Assembly: GCA_002011125.2 (NCBI GenBank)
Contig: MTMF02000008.1
Span: 32,001-96,000 of the forward strand
Origin: Candidatus Hydrothermarchaeum profundi
GTDB lineage: Archaea > Hydrothermarchaeota > Hydrothermarchaeia > Hydrothermarchaeales > Hydrothermarchaeaceae
DNA: 64,000 nucleotides
Reading direction: 5' to 3'
Position 1 is the stretch's first letter. Each line of letters begins with the position of its first letter. The notes under the pieces are model-generated. The model saw nothing but the letters and a program-made list of their open reading frames with translations. It did not search any database and was not told where the DNA came from. The translations under genes and the position numbers were made by a program. This document shows positions 1 to 9,299 of this stretch, piece after piece.

Positions 1-9
1 TATTAAGAA

Positions 10-25
10 TTGAATTTATTTTCAA
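10..25. promoter_or_regulatory. Inverted repeat TTGAA-N6-TTCAA, possible operator upstream of the respiratory operon
   Basis: Perfect 5-bp arms about 45 nt upstream of a TATA-like TTTTATAT (69-76) that precedes the Rieske gene. Confidence 0.3.
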
Positions 26-108
26 CAAATTAGTGCATCATTTTTTGGAATTTTTTACAAAAAAAAGCTTTTATATTTTGATTGATCGAAAAAAAGCAGT
101 GAATATCC

Positions 109-642
109 ATGGATGATGAAATAGCGCATAAATCAGACAGGATGTCGGTCTCTAGAAGGAATTTCCTGAGAACTATTGGCTGGGGAAGTATAGTTGCCTT
201 CTTGAGCGGTTCCCTTTTGGCTGTTGTGAGATATTTATTTCCAAAGGTTTCTTATGAGCCTTCTCCCTCTTTTAAAGTGCAGACACCTGAAGATTATGAG
301 ATTGGGACAGTAGTTGTTGATAAACCTCACAAGGTTTTCATAGTACGTGAAGAAAATATAATATACGCTCTTATTGCGGTTTGTACCCATCTTGGATGTA
401 CGCCCCGATGGTTTCCGGATGAAGGAATTTTCAAATGCCCTTGCCATGGAAGCAGATTTTATAAGAATGGTATTAATTTCTATGGTCCTGCGCCTAGACC
501 ATTAGACAGGGCTTTCATTACGTTAGCTCCCGATGGCAGGATTTTGATAGATACGAGTAAAAAATTTAGTTCTGATGGCAGATCTTATGGTGAGGGATAT
601 TTAGGAGACTGGAAAGACCCTAGATCGTATTTAGAAGTGTGA
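109..642 (+). CDS. Rieske [2Fe-2S] subunit of a cytochrome bc-type complex
   Basis: Tat motif SRRNFL, TM helix, CTHLGC and CPCHGS boxes, GPAPRPL. Confidence 0.95.
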   Translation: MDDEIAHKSDRMSVSRRNFLRTIGWGSIVAFLSGSLLAVVRYLFPKVSYEPSPSFKVQTPEDYEIGTVVVDKPHKVFIVREENIIYALIAVCTHLGCTPRWFPDEGIFKCPCHGSRFYKNGINFYGPAPRPLDRAFITLAPDGRILIDTSKKFSSDGRSYGEGYLGDWKDPRSYLEV

Positions 643-643
643 T

Positions 644-1366
644 GTGATCTTTATGGGCTGGATTAAAAAAATAAAAGAAAGCAGGGTGTGGAAATCCTAT
701 TTTAGGGAAGAGTATGATGACACTTCTCGTGGAAGGACAAGAAGGATCCTCAGTAATGTTTGGTTCCACATACATCCTGCAAAAATTTCAAAAAAAGCTA
801 TAAATCCGTCATATACTCTTTGTCTTGGGGGAATTTCATTTCTTTTATTTATTATTCTTACAGTAAGCGGTATCCTTTTGATGTTTTATTACGTCCCAGA
901 TGTTAATAGAGCTTACGATGACATGCTTGATTTAGAGACAGTGGTGCCATTTGGTATTCCTTTAAGAAACATACACAGGTGGGCTGCCCATGGGATGATC
1001 ATAGCAGTTGTTGGCCATATGTGCCGAGTATTCTTTACTGGAGCTTATAAGCCTCCGAGAGAGTTTAATTGGGTTGTTGGAGTTTCTCTTTTATTACTTA
1101 CACTTCTATTGAGTTTTACTGGATATTTACTCCCCTGGGATCAATTGGCTTATTGGGCTATTACCGTTGGAACAAATATAGCCTCTTATGCACCTGTTGT
1201 GGGGCCAAAAATTAGATTTCTCCTTCTTGGGGGAAATACAGTAGGACAAAACGCTTTAATCCGTTTCTATGTGCTTCATGTAATCCTTCTACCTACGCTA
1301 ATGATGTTGCTTATGATTCTCCATTTTTGGAGAGTGCGAAAAGATGGCTTTTCTAGGGGACTATAA
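644..1366 (+). CDS. Cytochrome b N-terminal (b6-like) subunit
   Basis: CLGG motif, heme His in HRWAAH/GH and [21 protein letters not shown]; 240 aa split form. Confidence 0.95.
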   Translation: MIFMGWIKKIKESRVWKSYFREEYDDTSRGRTRRILSNVWFHIHPAKISKKAINPSYTLCLGGISFLLFIILTVSGILLMFYYVPDVNRAYDDMLDLETVVPFGIPLRNIHRWAAHGMIIAVVGHMCRVFFTGAYKPPREFNWVVGVSLLLLTLLLSFTGYLLPWDQLAYWAITVGTNIASYAPVVGPKIRFLLLGGNTVGQNALIRFYVLHVILLPTLMMLLMILHFWRVRKDGFSRGL

Positions 1367-1378
1367 GGAGGAAGATTA

Positions 1379-1831
1379 ATGGATAAAGAGGAAAAGACAG
1401 AGGCAAGGGTGCATACCTGGCCGCATTTAATGGCTAGGGAATTTATAGTAGCTCTGGCGTTAACTGTTTTCCTAATGGGCATATCGCTTGTCTTTAATGC
1501 TCCATTAGAAGAACATGCTAATCCTGAGATTACACCTAATCCTGCTAAAGCTCCTTGGTATTTCTTGGGCGTACAAGAACTGGTTTCATATGACGCATTT
1601 TTAGGTGGTGTGCTAATTCCGACACTGATTGTTTTAGCATTATTTGCTACGCCCTATATTGATAAAAATCCAAGGGGAGTTGGAATATGGTTTTCAAGAG
1701 AGAGAAAACTCGCTATACTCCTCTTTGCATTGTTGGTGATAATCTGGACGATATTAATAATAATTGGGGTTTATTTCAGAGGTCCGGAGTGGAGATGGTT
1801 CTGGCCGTGGGAATCTTGGGAGATCACATGA
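1379..1831 (+). CDS. Cytochrome b C-terminal subunit (subunit IV-like)
   Basis: ANPEITPNPAKAPWYFLG (PEWY-equivalent), three TM helices. Confidence 0.92.
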   Translation: MDKEEKTEARVHTWPHLMAREFIVALALTVFLMGISLVFNAPLEEHANPEITPNPAKAPWYFLGVQELVSYDAFLGGVLIPTLIVLALFATPYIDKNPRGVGIWFSRERKLAILLFALLVIIWTILIIIGVYFRGPEWRWFWPWESWEIT

Positions 1832-1840
1832 GGTGAAAAA

Positions 1841-2857
1841 ATGAGGATGCTTACATTATTTGTTGTTCTCAGTATGGGATTACTTGCCGTCTTTGCAATC
1901 GGTGTTTATAAAGAAGTATCTCCTGAGTGGAAAAAATATCAAATTGAATATTATGAGGAGCTTAAAAGTGACCTGGAGTCTAAATATAATAATGTTATAG
2001 ATCCTGGCGAAAAAGAAAGACTTAGAATGCAGTTAGAAGCTCTTAAAGAAGAAAAAATTGGGGTAAAACAGATTCTATTGCGTAATAGAGAAGTAGATCG
2101 TTGTCCAACATGTCATATAGATCTAAATACGCTTGCGAATAAGCATCCTACTTCAAAGCATTTTCCTTTTGATATTTATGGTTGCACTGTATGTCATGGT
2201 GGTGAGGGCAGAGCCCTAGATGAAGAGGAAGCCCATAAAGGAATATATGCGACAAAGGCTGATATGTGGTGGCGTTTGAGGGATTCAGAAACTATCTTTA
2301 ACTTTTGGAAGCAACTTGCAATTCTGACTCCTCCTCAAGAGATAGGTAGACAGAAAGAAAAGGAAATGCTTGACTTCCGTGAGTTCACAATTACTGGAGA
2401 AAAAGCTAAGTATTATGGTACGGAGAGCTGTTTGAAATGTCATAAGGATCTTGCTAGCAATCATATTGAAAGATGGGGGAAAACTAAGTTTAAAACGATG
2501 GAAATAGTGAAAAACTCTATTGATTTTATTGAAGGGGATCAAAGTTACAAGGAGCAATGCTATCGGTGTCATACGACTGGCTATGACGAAGATACAGGAA
2601 ATTATAAAGAGGAAGGAGTAAGGTGCGAAGCTTGCCATGGTCCTGGAGAAGTATATTACTATTTGATGAATATAGGCAAATATCGAGAAGCCTCTGAGAT
2701 CGCTATGATAGGGGTAGACTATAATGTGTGTTTTAATTGTCATACTGCTAGGCGACATGAAATGCGGTTTGGAGTCTTTGAAAAAGGTGACTATCAGGGC
2801 GACTGGTATTGGCATGGGTATGATACTATTAATGAAAATAGACAGGAGGAAGATTAA
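1841..2857 (+). CDS. Membrane-anchored hexaheme cytochrome c
   Basis: N-terminal TM; six CxxCH motifs (CPTCH, CTVCH, CLKCH, CYRCH, CEACH, CFNCH); C-terminal part resembles c554-like domains (CHTTG, CEACHGPG). Confidence 0.9.
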   Translation: MRMLTLFVVLSMGLLAVFAIGVYKEVSPEWKKYQIEYYEELKSDLESKYNNVIDPGEKERLRMQLEALKEEKIGVKQILLRNREVDRCPTCHIDLNTLANKHPTSKHFPFDIYGCTVCHGGEGRALDEEEAHKGIYATKADMWWRLRDSETIFNFWKQLAILTPPQEIGRQKEKEMLDFREFTITGEKAKYYGTESCLKCHKDLASNHIERWGKTKFKTMEIVKNSIDFIEGDQSYKEQCYRCHTTGYDEDTGNYKEEGVRCEACHGPGEVYYYLMNIGKYREASEIAMIGVDYNVCFNCHTARRHEMRFGVFEKGDYQGDWYWHGYDTINENRQEED

Positions 2858-4173
2858 TGCCTGAGGTATACAATTGGCAACTCGGGAGGAAAATGAAGTT
2901 TCCTTTTCAGGAAGCTTATCCAAAAAAACAATTTGCATTTGTTTTCAATCTTAACCGTTGTATAGCTTGTCAGACTTGTACAATGGCATGCAAATCTACT
3001 TGGACCTTCAGCAAGGGTCAAGAGTTTATGTGGTGGAATAATGTTGAAACAAAGCCTTATGGGGGTTACCCACAGCACTGGGATATAAAACTCCTTAAAA
3101 TGCTTGATGAGTCTCATAAGAAAATGGGAAGAAAGCCTATTTGGAAAAGTGAGATGGAGAAGGGTACTGCCCGGCCTTATGGAGTTTATGAAGGTTTGAC
3201 TATATTTGAAGCTCTCCCGGGGGAATCCACACCGATGGGTTTTACTCCTAGCGAAGTAGCATTGGGTTACTTACCTGGCGATAAAGAATGGCGGTTCCCA
3301 AATATTTTTGAAGATTCTCCTTATGGGCCACTAGGAAAAAGAAATGCATTCGTGCATTCGAAGGGTACCTCTTTGCCTGAGCATGAGCACTGGTTTTTCT
3401 ACCTTCCACGCTTATGTAATCATTGTACTTATCCTGCTTGTCTTGCTGCCTGCCCACGCAAAGCGATCTACAAGCGGGAGGAGGACGGTATTGTTCTGAT
3501 TGACCAAAAACGTTGTAGAGGATATAAAAAATGCGTTGAAGCATGTCCTTATAAAAAACCAATGTTCCGGTCTGCGACTAGGGTAAGTGAGAAATGTATC
3601 GCATGCTATCCTAGGATTGAAGGGAAAGATCCATTGAGTAATGGAAAACCAATGGAAACTAGGTGCATGACCGCATGCGTAGGTAAGATCCGAATTCAGG
3701 GGCTTGTTGATATAGATTCTAATGGGGTTTGGAAAAAAGATCCCCAAAATCCTATTTATTTCTTAGTGCATGTTGAGAAGGTTGCGCTACCCCTTTATCC
3801 TCAATTTGGTACTCTTCCCAATGGATATTATATCCCCCCCAGGTGGGTGCCTAGGAAGTATCTCTATCAAATGTTCGGTCCCGGTGTAGATGAAGCGATA
3901 GAAAGGTATACGGCTCCTTCTAGGGATCTTCTAGGTTTGTTGCAACTTTTCAGAACTACTCAAAAAATCATATTCAAATTTGAGGTACAAAAAACTGGGG
4001 AAAAAATCTATGAAACAACAATCAATGGCAAAAAATGGGCGATGTATAATGACAGGGTTATCGGTTATGATAAAGACGGAGAAATAGTCGTCGATACAAA
4101 GGTTCTAGAGCCTATTTTTGAAAGAAAACAGAAGGATCAGTTTGGTTATTATAAGCATTATAATTCAATTTAA
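2857..4173 (+). CDS. nxrB: Nitrite oxidoreductase/nitrate reductase beta (Fe-S) subunit, Nitrospira/anammox type
   Basis: MPEVYNWQLGR start, CIACQTCTMACK, WWNNVETKPYGG, CNHCTYPACLAACP, CRGYKKCVEACPYKK, CIACYPR...CMTACVG. Confidence 0.9.
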   Translation: MPEVYNWQLGRKMKFPFQEAYPKKQFAFVFNLNRCIACQTCTMACKSTWTFSKGQEFMWWNNVETKPYGGYPQHWDIKLLKMLDESHKKMGRKPIWKSEMEKGTARPYGVYEGLTIFEALPGESTPMGFTPSEVALGYLPGDKEWRFPNIFEDSPYGPLGKRNAFVHSKGTSLPEHEHWFFYLPRLCNHCTYPACLAACPRKAIYKREEDGIVLIDQKRCRGYKKCVEACPYKKPMFRSATRVSEKCIACYPRIEGKDPLSNGKPMETRCMTACVGKIRIQGLVDIDSNGVWKKDPQNPIYFLVHVEKVALPLYPQFGTLPNGYYIPPRWVPRKYLYQMFGPGVDEAIERYTAPSRDLLGLLQLFRTTQKIIFKFEVQKTGEKIYETTINGKKWAMYNDRVIGYDKDGEIVVDTKVLEPIFERKQKDQFGYYKHYNSI

Positions 4174-4182
4174 GGTGGTAAG

Positions 4183-4908
4183 ATGGATATAGTATCAATT
4201 AAGGCATTGGCTCGGAGTGTTATATATAAGCATCTTTCCTTATCTTTTCTTTATCCTGATTTAGAGTTTTATGAATTATTAAAAAATAGGATGTTTATAA
4301 AACGAATTCGGGATGCTTCTACGCTTTTAAAAAACGGAAAAGAATTAGAAAAGGGACTGAGGATGTTAGAAGAAAATGTTAAAAACCTAACATTTACATC
4401 GTTACAAGCTGAGCATCGTGTGATTTTCAGTAATATACCCTCAAATGAGTGTCCCCCTTACGAAGCCGAATACGGGACAGCTCACATTCACCAGAAAACA
4501 AAAGAGTTAGCTGATGTTTCAGGATTCTACAAGGCTTTCGGTTTAAACCCTTCAAATAAAATAGGGGAGCGATTTGATCATATTTCAGTAGAGTTTGAAT
4601 ATATGCATTTCTTAACATATGGAGAAGCTTATGCTCGAGATAAGAATGATGCAAATATGGTGGAAATTTATGTTTCGACACAGAGAAAATTTGTAGAAGA
4701 GCACATTGGAAAATGGGTGCCTGTGTTTTTGAGGTTGCTAAAAAAGAAAGCCAGAAAAGGATTTTACAATGCGCTCGTTGTGTTTGCATCTGATTTTGTA
4801 TCTTATGAAATTTCACTATTAGGTGTCAATCCAGAGGAAGTTGGTAAGCCTGAGATTTCGTCATTAGCTATGGAAGATGAATGTTTTTCGTGCGGGTCTT
4901 GTGGGTGA
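4183..4908 (+). CDS. TorD/DmsD-family molybdoenzyme chaperone
   Basis: PPYEAEY, DVSGFYKAFG, ERFDHISVEFEYM, FVEEHIGKW motifs. Confidence 0.88.
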   Translation: MDIVSIKALARSVIYKHLSLSFLYPDLEFYELLKNRMFIKRIRDASTLLKNGKELEKGLRMLEENVKNLTFTSLQAEHRVIFSNIPSNECPPYEAEYGTAHIHQKTKELADVSGFYKAFGLNPSNKIGERFDHISVEFEYMHFLTYGEAYARDKNDANMVEIYVSTQRKFVEEHIGKWVPVFLRLLKKKARKGFYNALVVFASDFVSYEISLLGVNPEEVGKPEISSLAMEDECFSCGSCG

Positions 4909-4913
4909 TAAAG

Positions 4914-5825
4914 ATGGAGATAAAATATGACTCTAGGCTTGTGGAGAATGTTGTAGTAGAAATAATTCGTCGAAAGGAAAAAGAGGGAGATTATGAACTT
5001 AGTGAATATTATCATCGAATCGCGGACCAAATTTACGATGCTCCAAAAAAAGATAGAGAAGATGAATTTAAAAAACTTCATCTAAGCATTTTCATGCGAT
5101 TAGGCTTAAATGAGGTTATAAACGAAGTAGTTGGAGAATTTCCGCAGTTGAGCAAAATAGATGAAATGGTGATATTGGAGGCTAATACCACAGAGGAAGC
5201 AGATTTACTAGTTAGTGAGAAAGGACAAAAAAGAATAGTAATAAAACTTCCTCCAGAAGGATTTCTCAGTTCACATCTTCTTTCTAGGTTTATGCGTCAT
5301 GAACTTATGCATATATCGGATATCCTTGATGAGGAGTTCGGTTATAAAAAAGAAAAATTTTCTAATTCTTTAGCAAATGAAATCGTGATTAAAGAGAAAT
5401 ATAAGTTACTCTGGGATATTTATGTAGACTCTCGTTTAATCTCATGTGGAAAAGAAACGATAGCTGATAAAAGTTTACGATATAAGGAATTCAATAAGAT
5501 TTTTCAAAAAATTCCAGAGGAGTACAGAGAAAGAGTCTTTAACTCTCTTTGGAATTCTAAGAAGTTAACTCATAATGAAATCTTAAGTTTATCGAAAGAA
5601 CCGCGGAAACTCCTTGAAAGGTCTGGTATAAGTTCCAAGGGAATTCTCTTAAGAGGTACACCATGTCCCCTCTGCGGATTTCCCACATATAATTGGTTTG
5701 AAAATCTAAGCGAATTTCGAGATGTTATAGCTGCTATAAAAGAAGACTTTCCGGAGTGGGACCAGGATGATGGAGCTTGTGATAGATGCGTGGAATTGTA
5801 TAGTTTGCAAGTTAGGGGGTTCTAA
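4914..5825 (+). CDS. Conserved hypothetical protein of the NXR cluster with HExxH motif and C-terminal CxxC...CxxC
   Basis: RHELMH, CPLCGF...CDRC; ATG at 4914 more likely than 4881. Confidence 0.75.
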   Translation: MEIKYDSRLVENVVVEIIRRKEKEGDYELSEYYHRIADQIYDAPKKDREDEFKKLHLSIFMRLGLNEVINEVVGEFPQLSKIDEMVILEANTTEEADLLVSEKGQKRIVIKLPPEGFLSSHLLSRFMRHELMHISDILDEEFGYKKEKFSNSLANEIVIKEKYKLLWDIYVDSRLISCGKETIADKSLRYKEFNKIFQKIPEEYRERVFNSLWNSKKLTHNEILSLSKEPRKLLERSGISSKGILLRGTPCPLCGFPTYNWFENLSEFRDVIAAIKEDFPEWDQDDGACDRCVELYSLQVRGF

Positions 5826-5848
5826 AGTTGAAAAAGGAGGCTAAAGAA

Positions 5849-8800
5849 ATGGCATTAACTAGAAGAAAATTTTTAAAGATGAGTGTAGCAACCGCTGCAG
5901 CAGCTATGGGATTAGGGAAAAAAGGGCTATCTTTAACCATTCTTGAACCTGTACGGGTTGATAATCCATTAGAGTCTTATCCAGATAGAAACTGGGAGAA
6001 AGTTTACCTTGATCAATATAAATATGATTCTACCTTCACCTACATATGTTCTCCAAATGACACTCATGCTTGCAGAGTTAAAGCCTTCGTTAGAAATGGA
6101 GTGATAGTGAGGGTAGAGCAAAACTATGACGTGCAGAAATATAAGGATCTATATGGAAATCAAGCAACAGTGCATTGGAATCCTAGAATGTGTCTCAAAG
6201 GATACACATTTCACCGCAAGGTATATGGGCCCTATCGCCTTAAAAAGCCCTTGATAAGGAAAGGGTGGAAGGAGTGGGCGGACGATGGTTTTCCTGAACT
6301 TACTCCAGAGAATAAGAAAAAATATAAATTTGATTCTAGGGGAACTGATGAACTTCTTCAGATAGACTGGGAAAGCGCATTTGAATATGCAGCTAGGGGG
6401 ATCATAGCCATAGCAAAGAGATACAGCGGGGAAGAAGGAGCTAAAAAATTATTAGCTCAAGGATATGCACCAGAAATGGTAAAGGAGATGGGGGGGGCTG
6501 GAACTAGGACTATAAAATGTCGTGGAGGAATGGGTCTTTTAGGCGCCATAGGAAAATACGGGATGTATAGGTTTTCCAACATGTTGGCATTACTGGATTC
6601 TCATATTCGGGGCGTCGGTCCAGATGAAGCCAAAGGCGGACGCAATTGGGATAATTATACATGGCATGGTGATCAGGCTCCTGGTCATCCGTGGGTACAT
6701 GGTTTGCAGACAAGTGAATGTGATTTCAATGACTTGAGAAATTCAAAGCTTCACATAGCTGTTGGTAAAAACCTAGTAGAAAATAAAATGCCTGAATCTC
6801 ATTTCTTCATAGAACTAATCGAACGAGGTGCCAAGGTCGTTGTTATATCACCGGACTATTGTGCTCCTAATACAAAAGCAGATTATTGGATACCAGTGAG
6901 ACCTAATTCAGACACGGCTTTATTCTTAGGGATTACTAAAATATTGATGGATAACAAGTGGTATGATGAAAAATTTGTTAAAAAATTCACTGACTTCCCG
7001 TTGCTTGTTAGAACTGATACACTAAAGAGGCTGAGAGCTGACGAGGTATTTCCAAATTATGTGAACCAAGATATTTCCAATGGCGTAATGATGAGGGTCA
7101 TGGGGTTAACAAAGGAACAAAGGGATAAAATAGGAGATAGAGTGATATGGGACAAAAATACTAATGGACTCAAAGCCATATCCCCTGAGGACGTGGGTAA
7201 AAAACTTGAAGAGAAAAACATCGATCCTGACTTAGAGTGGAAGGGCAAGGTAAAACTCGTTGATGGATCTGAAGTAGAAGTAATGACTCTCTGGGAGATG
7301 TACAAAGTTCATTTAAGAGACTATGATATCGATACAGTAGCTGAAATAACACAAGCCCCAAAAGATCTAATTATGAAATTAGCAAAGGACATTGCTACAA
7401 TTAAGCCTGTGGCTATACATGTTGGTGAAGGAATAAATCATTGGTTCCATGCAACAGAGGTCAATAGAGCTACATATCTCCCTCTTATGTTAACAGGTAA
7501 TATAGGAATCCATGGTGCAGGAAGTCATACTTGGGCAGGAAATTACAAGGCAGCTTTATGGCAGGGAAGTTCATGGTCTGGTCCTGGATTTCTTGGTTGG
7601 ATTAAAGAAGATCCGTTTAATCCTAACTTAGATCCTAATGCAAAGGCAAAGGACTTAAAAATAAGGGGCACCGTCAAGGGAGAGGCAATTGCTTATTGGA
7701 ACCATGGCGACACACCTCTGGTAGTAGAGACACCGAAATATGGTAGGAAAGTGTTTACAGGCAAAACAGCTATGCCTACGCCAACAAAGGTTATCTGGAC
7801 TACAAATGTCAATTTGTTAAACAACGCAAAACACGCCTATGACATGCTTTTCAATGTAAATAATAATGTTGAGCTTATAATGCAAAATGAGATTATAATG
7901 ACCTCTAGTGTAGAATACGGAGATATAACTTTTCCAGCTAACTCTTGGGTTGAATCACAGGCATATGAGGTACATGTAAGTTGTTCTAATCCTTTTCTAC
8001 AAATTTGGAAAGGAGGAATAAAGCCCCTCTATGATTCTAAGGACGATGTCAGAATATTAGCAGAGGTAGCTAGGGCAATTGGCCGAGAACTTAATGACAA
8101 GCGCTTCGAAGATTACTGGAAGTTTGCACTAGAGGGGAGGGAAGAGGTATATATAAATCGCTTACTTGACGGTTCTGCAACAACCCATGGATATACAGTG
8201 GAGGATATCATAGCAGGAAAATATGGAGAGCCTGGAGCAGCTTTAATGTTATTTAGGACTTATCCTAGAGTTGCATTTTATGAACAAATTCATGATAGCT
8301 GGCCATTTTACACGGATACAGGAAGGCTACATGCCTACTCAGATATCCCAGAAGCAATTGAATATGGAGAAAATTTTGTGGTACATAGAGAAGGACCAGA
8401 AGCAACCCCATATCAACCAAATGTAATAGTAAGCAATAACCCCTATATTCGTCCTGATGATTACGGCTTGCCTGACGATGCTAAACACTGGGATGAGCGC
8501 ACAGTGTTGAATAAAAAGATGCCATGGAGTAAAGTAAAAAACACAAAGAACTTCCTCTGGGAAAAAGGCTATAAATTTTATTGCATTACCCCCAAGACTC
8601 GACATCGTGTGCATTCTTCGTGGAGTGATGTTGACTGGCATATGATATGGGATTCTAACTTTGGGGATCCTTATAGGATGGATAAACGAACTCCTGGTGT
8701 TGGCGAACATCAGATCCATATTAATCCTATTGCTGCTAGGGACTTGGGATTAAATGATGGAGACTATGTTTATGTGGACGCTAATCCAGCGGACCGACCA

Positions 8801-9295
8801 TATCGTGGTGCTAAAAGCAATGACCCAAGATATAGGGTGGCGAGAGCCATGCTCAGAGTTAAGTATAACCCTGCGTTTCCTTATCACTTTACAATGATGA
8901 AGCATGGAGCTTTTATAGCTACCGAAAAAAGCGTGGATGCTCATGAAACTCGCAGCGATGGACGTGCCTTATCCAAGGGCACTGGATATCAGGCAAACTT
9001 CAGATATGGTAGCCATCAAAGTATTACTCGCGACTGGTCAATGCCGATGCATCAGACCGATTCTCTTTTCCATAAAAAGAAGGCCGTTATGGGTTTCATG
9101 TTTGGTAGCGAGTCTGATAATCACGCTATAAATACAGTTCCAAAAGAGACCTTAGTGAAAATATCTAAAGCAGAAGACGGAGGTCTAGGTGGAATAGGAA
9201 TCTGGGAACCAGCTACTACAGGTTTTTCTCCAGCTAATGAGAGTGAGTTTATGAAAAAATACTTGAGGGGGGATCTAATAAATGTTAAGAGGTGA
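5849..9295 (+). CDS. nxrA: Tat-exported nitrite oxidoreductase/nitrate reductase alpha (Mo-bisPGD) subunit, Nitrospira/anammox type
   Basis: TRRKFLK Tat signal, CSPNDTHAC...NPRMCLKG FS0 motif, NYTWHGDQAPGHP Mo-ligand region, TPKTRHRVHS; SD AGGAGG before ATG 5849. Confidence 0.92.
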   Translation: MALTRRKFLKMSVATAAAAMGLGKKGLSLTILEPVRVDNPLESYPDRNWEKVYLDQYKYDSTFTYICSPNDTHACRVKAFVRNGVIVRVEQNYDVQKYKDLYGNQATVHWNPRMCLKGYTFHRKVYGPYRLKKPLIRKGWKEWADDGFPELTPENKKKYKFDSRGTDELLQIDWESAFEYAARGIIAIAKRYSGEEGAKKLLAQGYAPEMVKEMGGAGTRTIKCRGGMGLLGAIGKYGMYRFSNMLALLDSHIRGVGPDEAKGGRNWDNYTWHGDQAPGHPWVHGLQTSECDFNDLRNSKLHIAVGKNLVENKMPESHFFIELIERGAKVVVISPDYCAPNTKADYWIPVRPNSDTALFLGITKILMDNKWYDEKFVKKFTDFPLLVRTDTLKRLRADEVFPNYVNQDISNGVMMRVMGLTKEQRDKIGDRVIWDKNTNGLKAISPEDVGKKLEEKNIDPDLEWKGKVKLVDGSEVEVMTLWEMYKVHLRDYDIDTVAEITQAPKDLIMKLAKDIATIKPVAIHVGEGINHWFHATEVNRATYLPLMLTGNIGIHGAGSHTWAGNYKAALWQGSSWSGPGFLGWIKEDPFNPNLDPNAKAKDLKIRGTVKGEAIAYWNHGDTPLVVETPKYGRKVFTGKTAMPTPTKVIWTTNVNLLNNAKHAYDMLFNVNNNVELIMQNEIIMTSSVEYGDITFPANSWVESQAYEVHVSCSNPFLQIWKGGIKPLYDSKDDVRILAEVARAIGRELNDKRFEDYWKFALEGREEVYINRLLDGSATTHGYTVEDIIAGKYGEPGAALMLFRTYPRVAFYEQIHDSWPFYTDTGRLHAYSDIPEAIEYGENFVVHREGPEATPYQPNVIVSNNPYIRPDDYGLPDDAKHWDERTVLNKKMPWSKVKNTKNFLWEKGYKFYCITPKTRHRVHSSWSDVDWHMIWDSNFGDPYRMDKRTPGVGEHQIHINPIAARDLGLNDGDYVYVDANPADRPYRGAKSNDPRYRVARAMLRVKYNPAFPYHFTMMKHGAFIATEKSVDAHETRSDGRALSKGTGYQANFRYGSHQSITRDWSMPMHQTDSLFHKKKAVMGFMFGSESDNHAINTVPKETLVKISKAEDGGLGGIGIWEPATTGFSPANESEFMKKYLRGDLINVKR

Positions 9296-9299
9296 ACTC

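Noticed and set aside
78-92. FNR-like box TTGATTGATCGAA upstream of the Rieske gene
   Set aside because: Spacing and second half-site do not fit TTGAT-N4-ATCAA, and it lies downstream of the TATA element.
4879-4911. Selenocysteine read-through after CFSCGSCG-TGA
   Set aside because: The TGA is followed immediately by an in-frame TAA and then the next gene's ATG.
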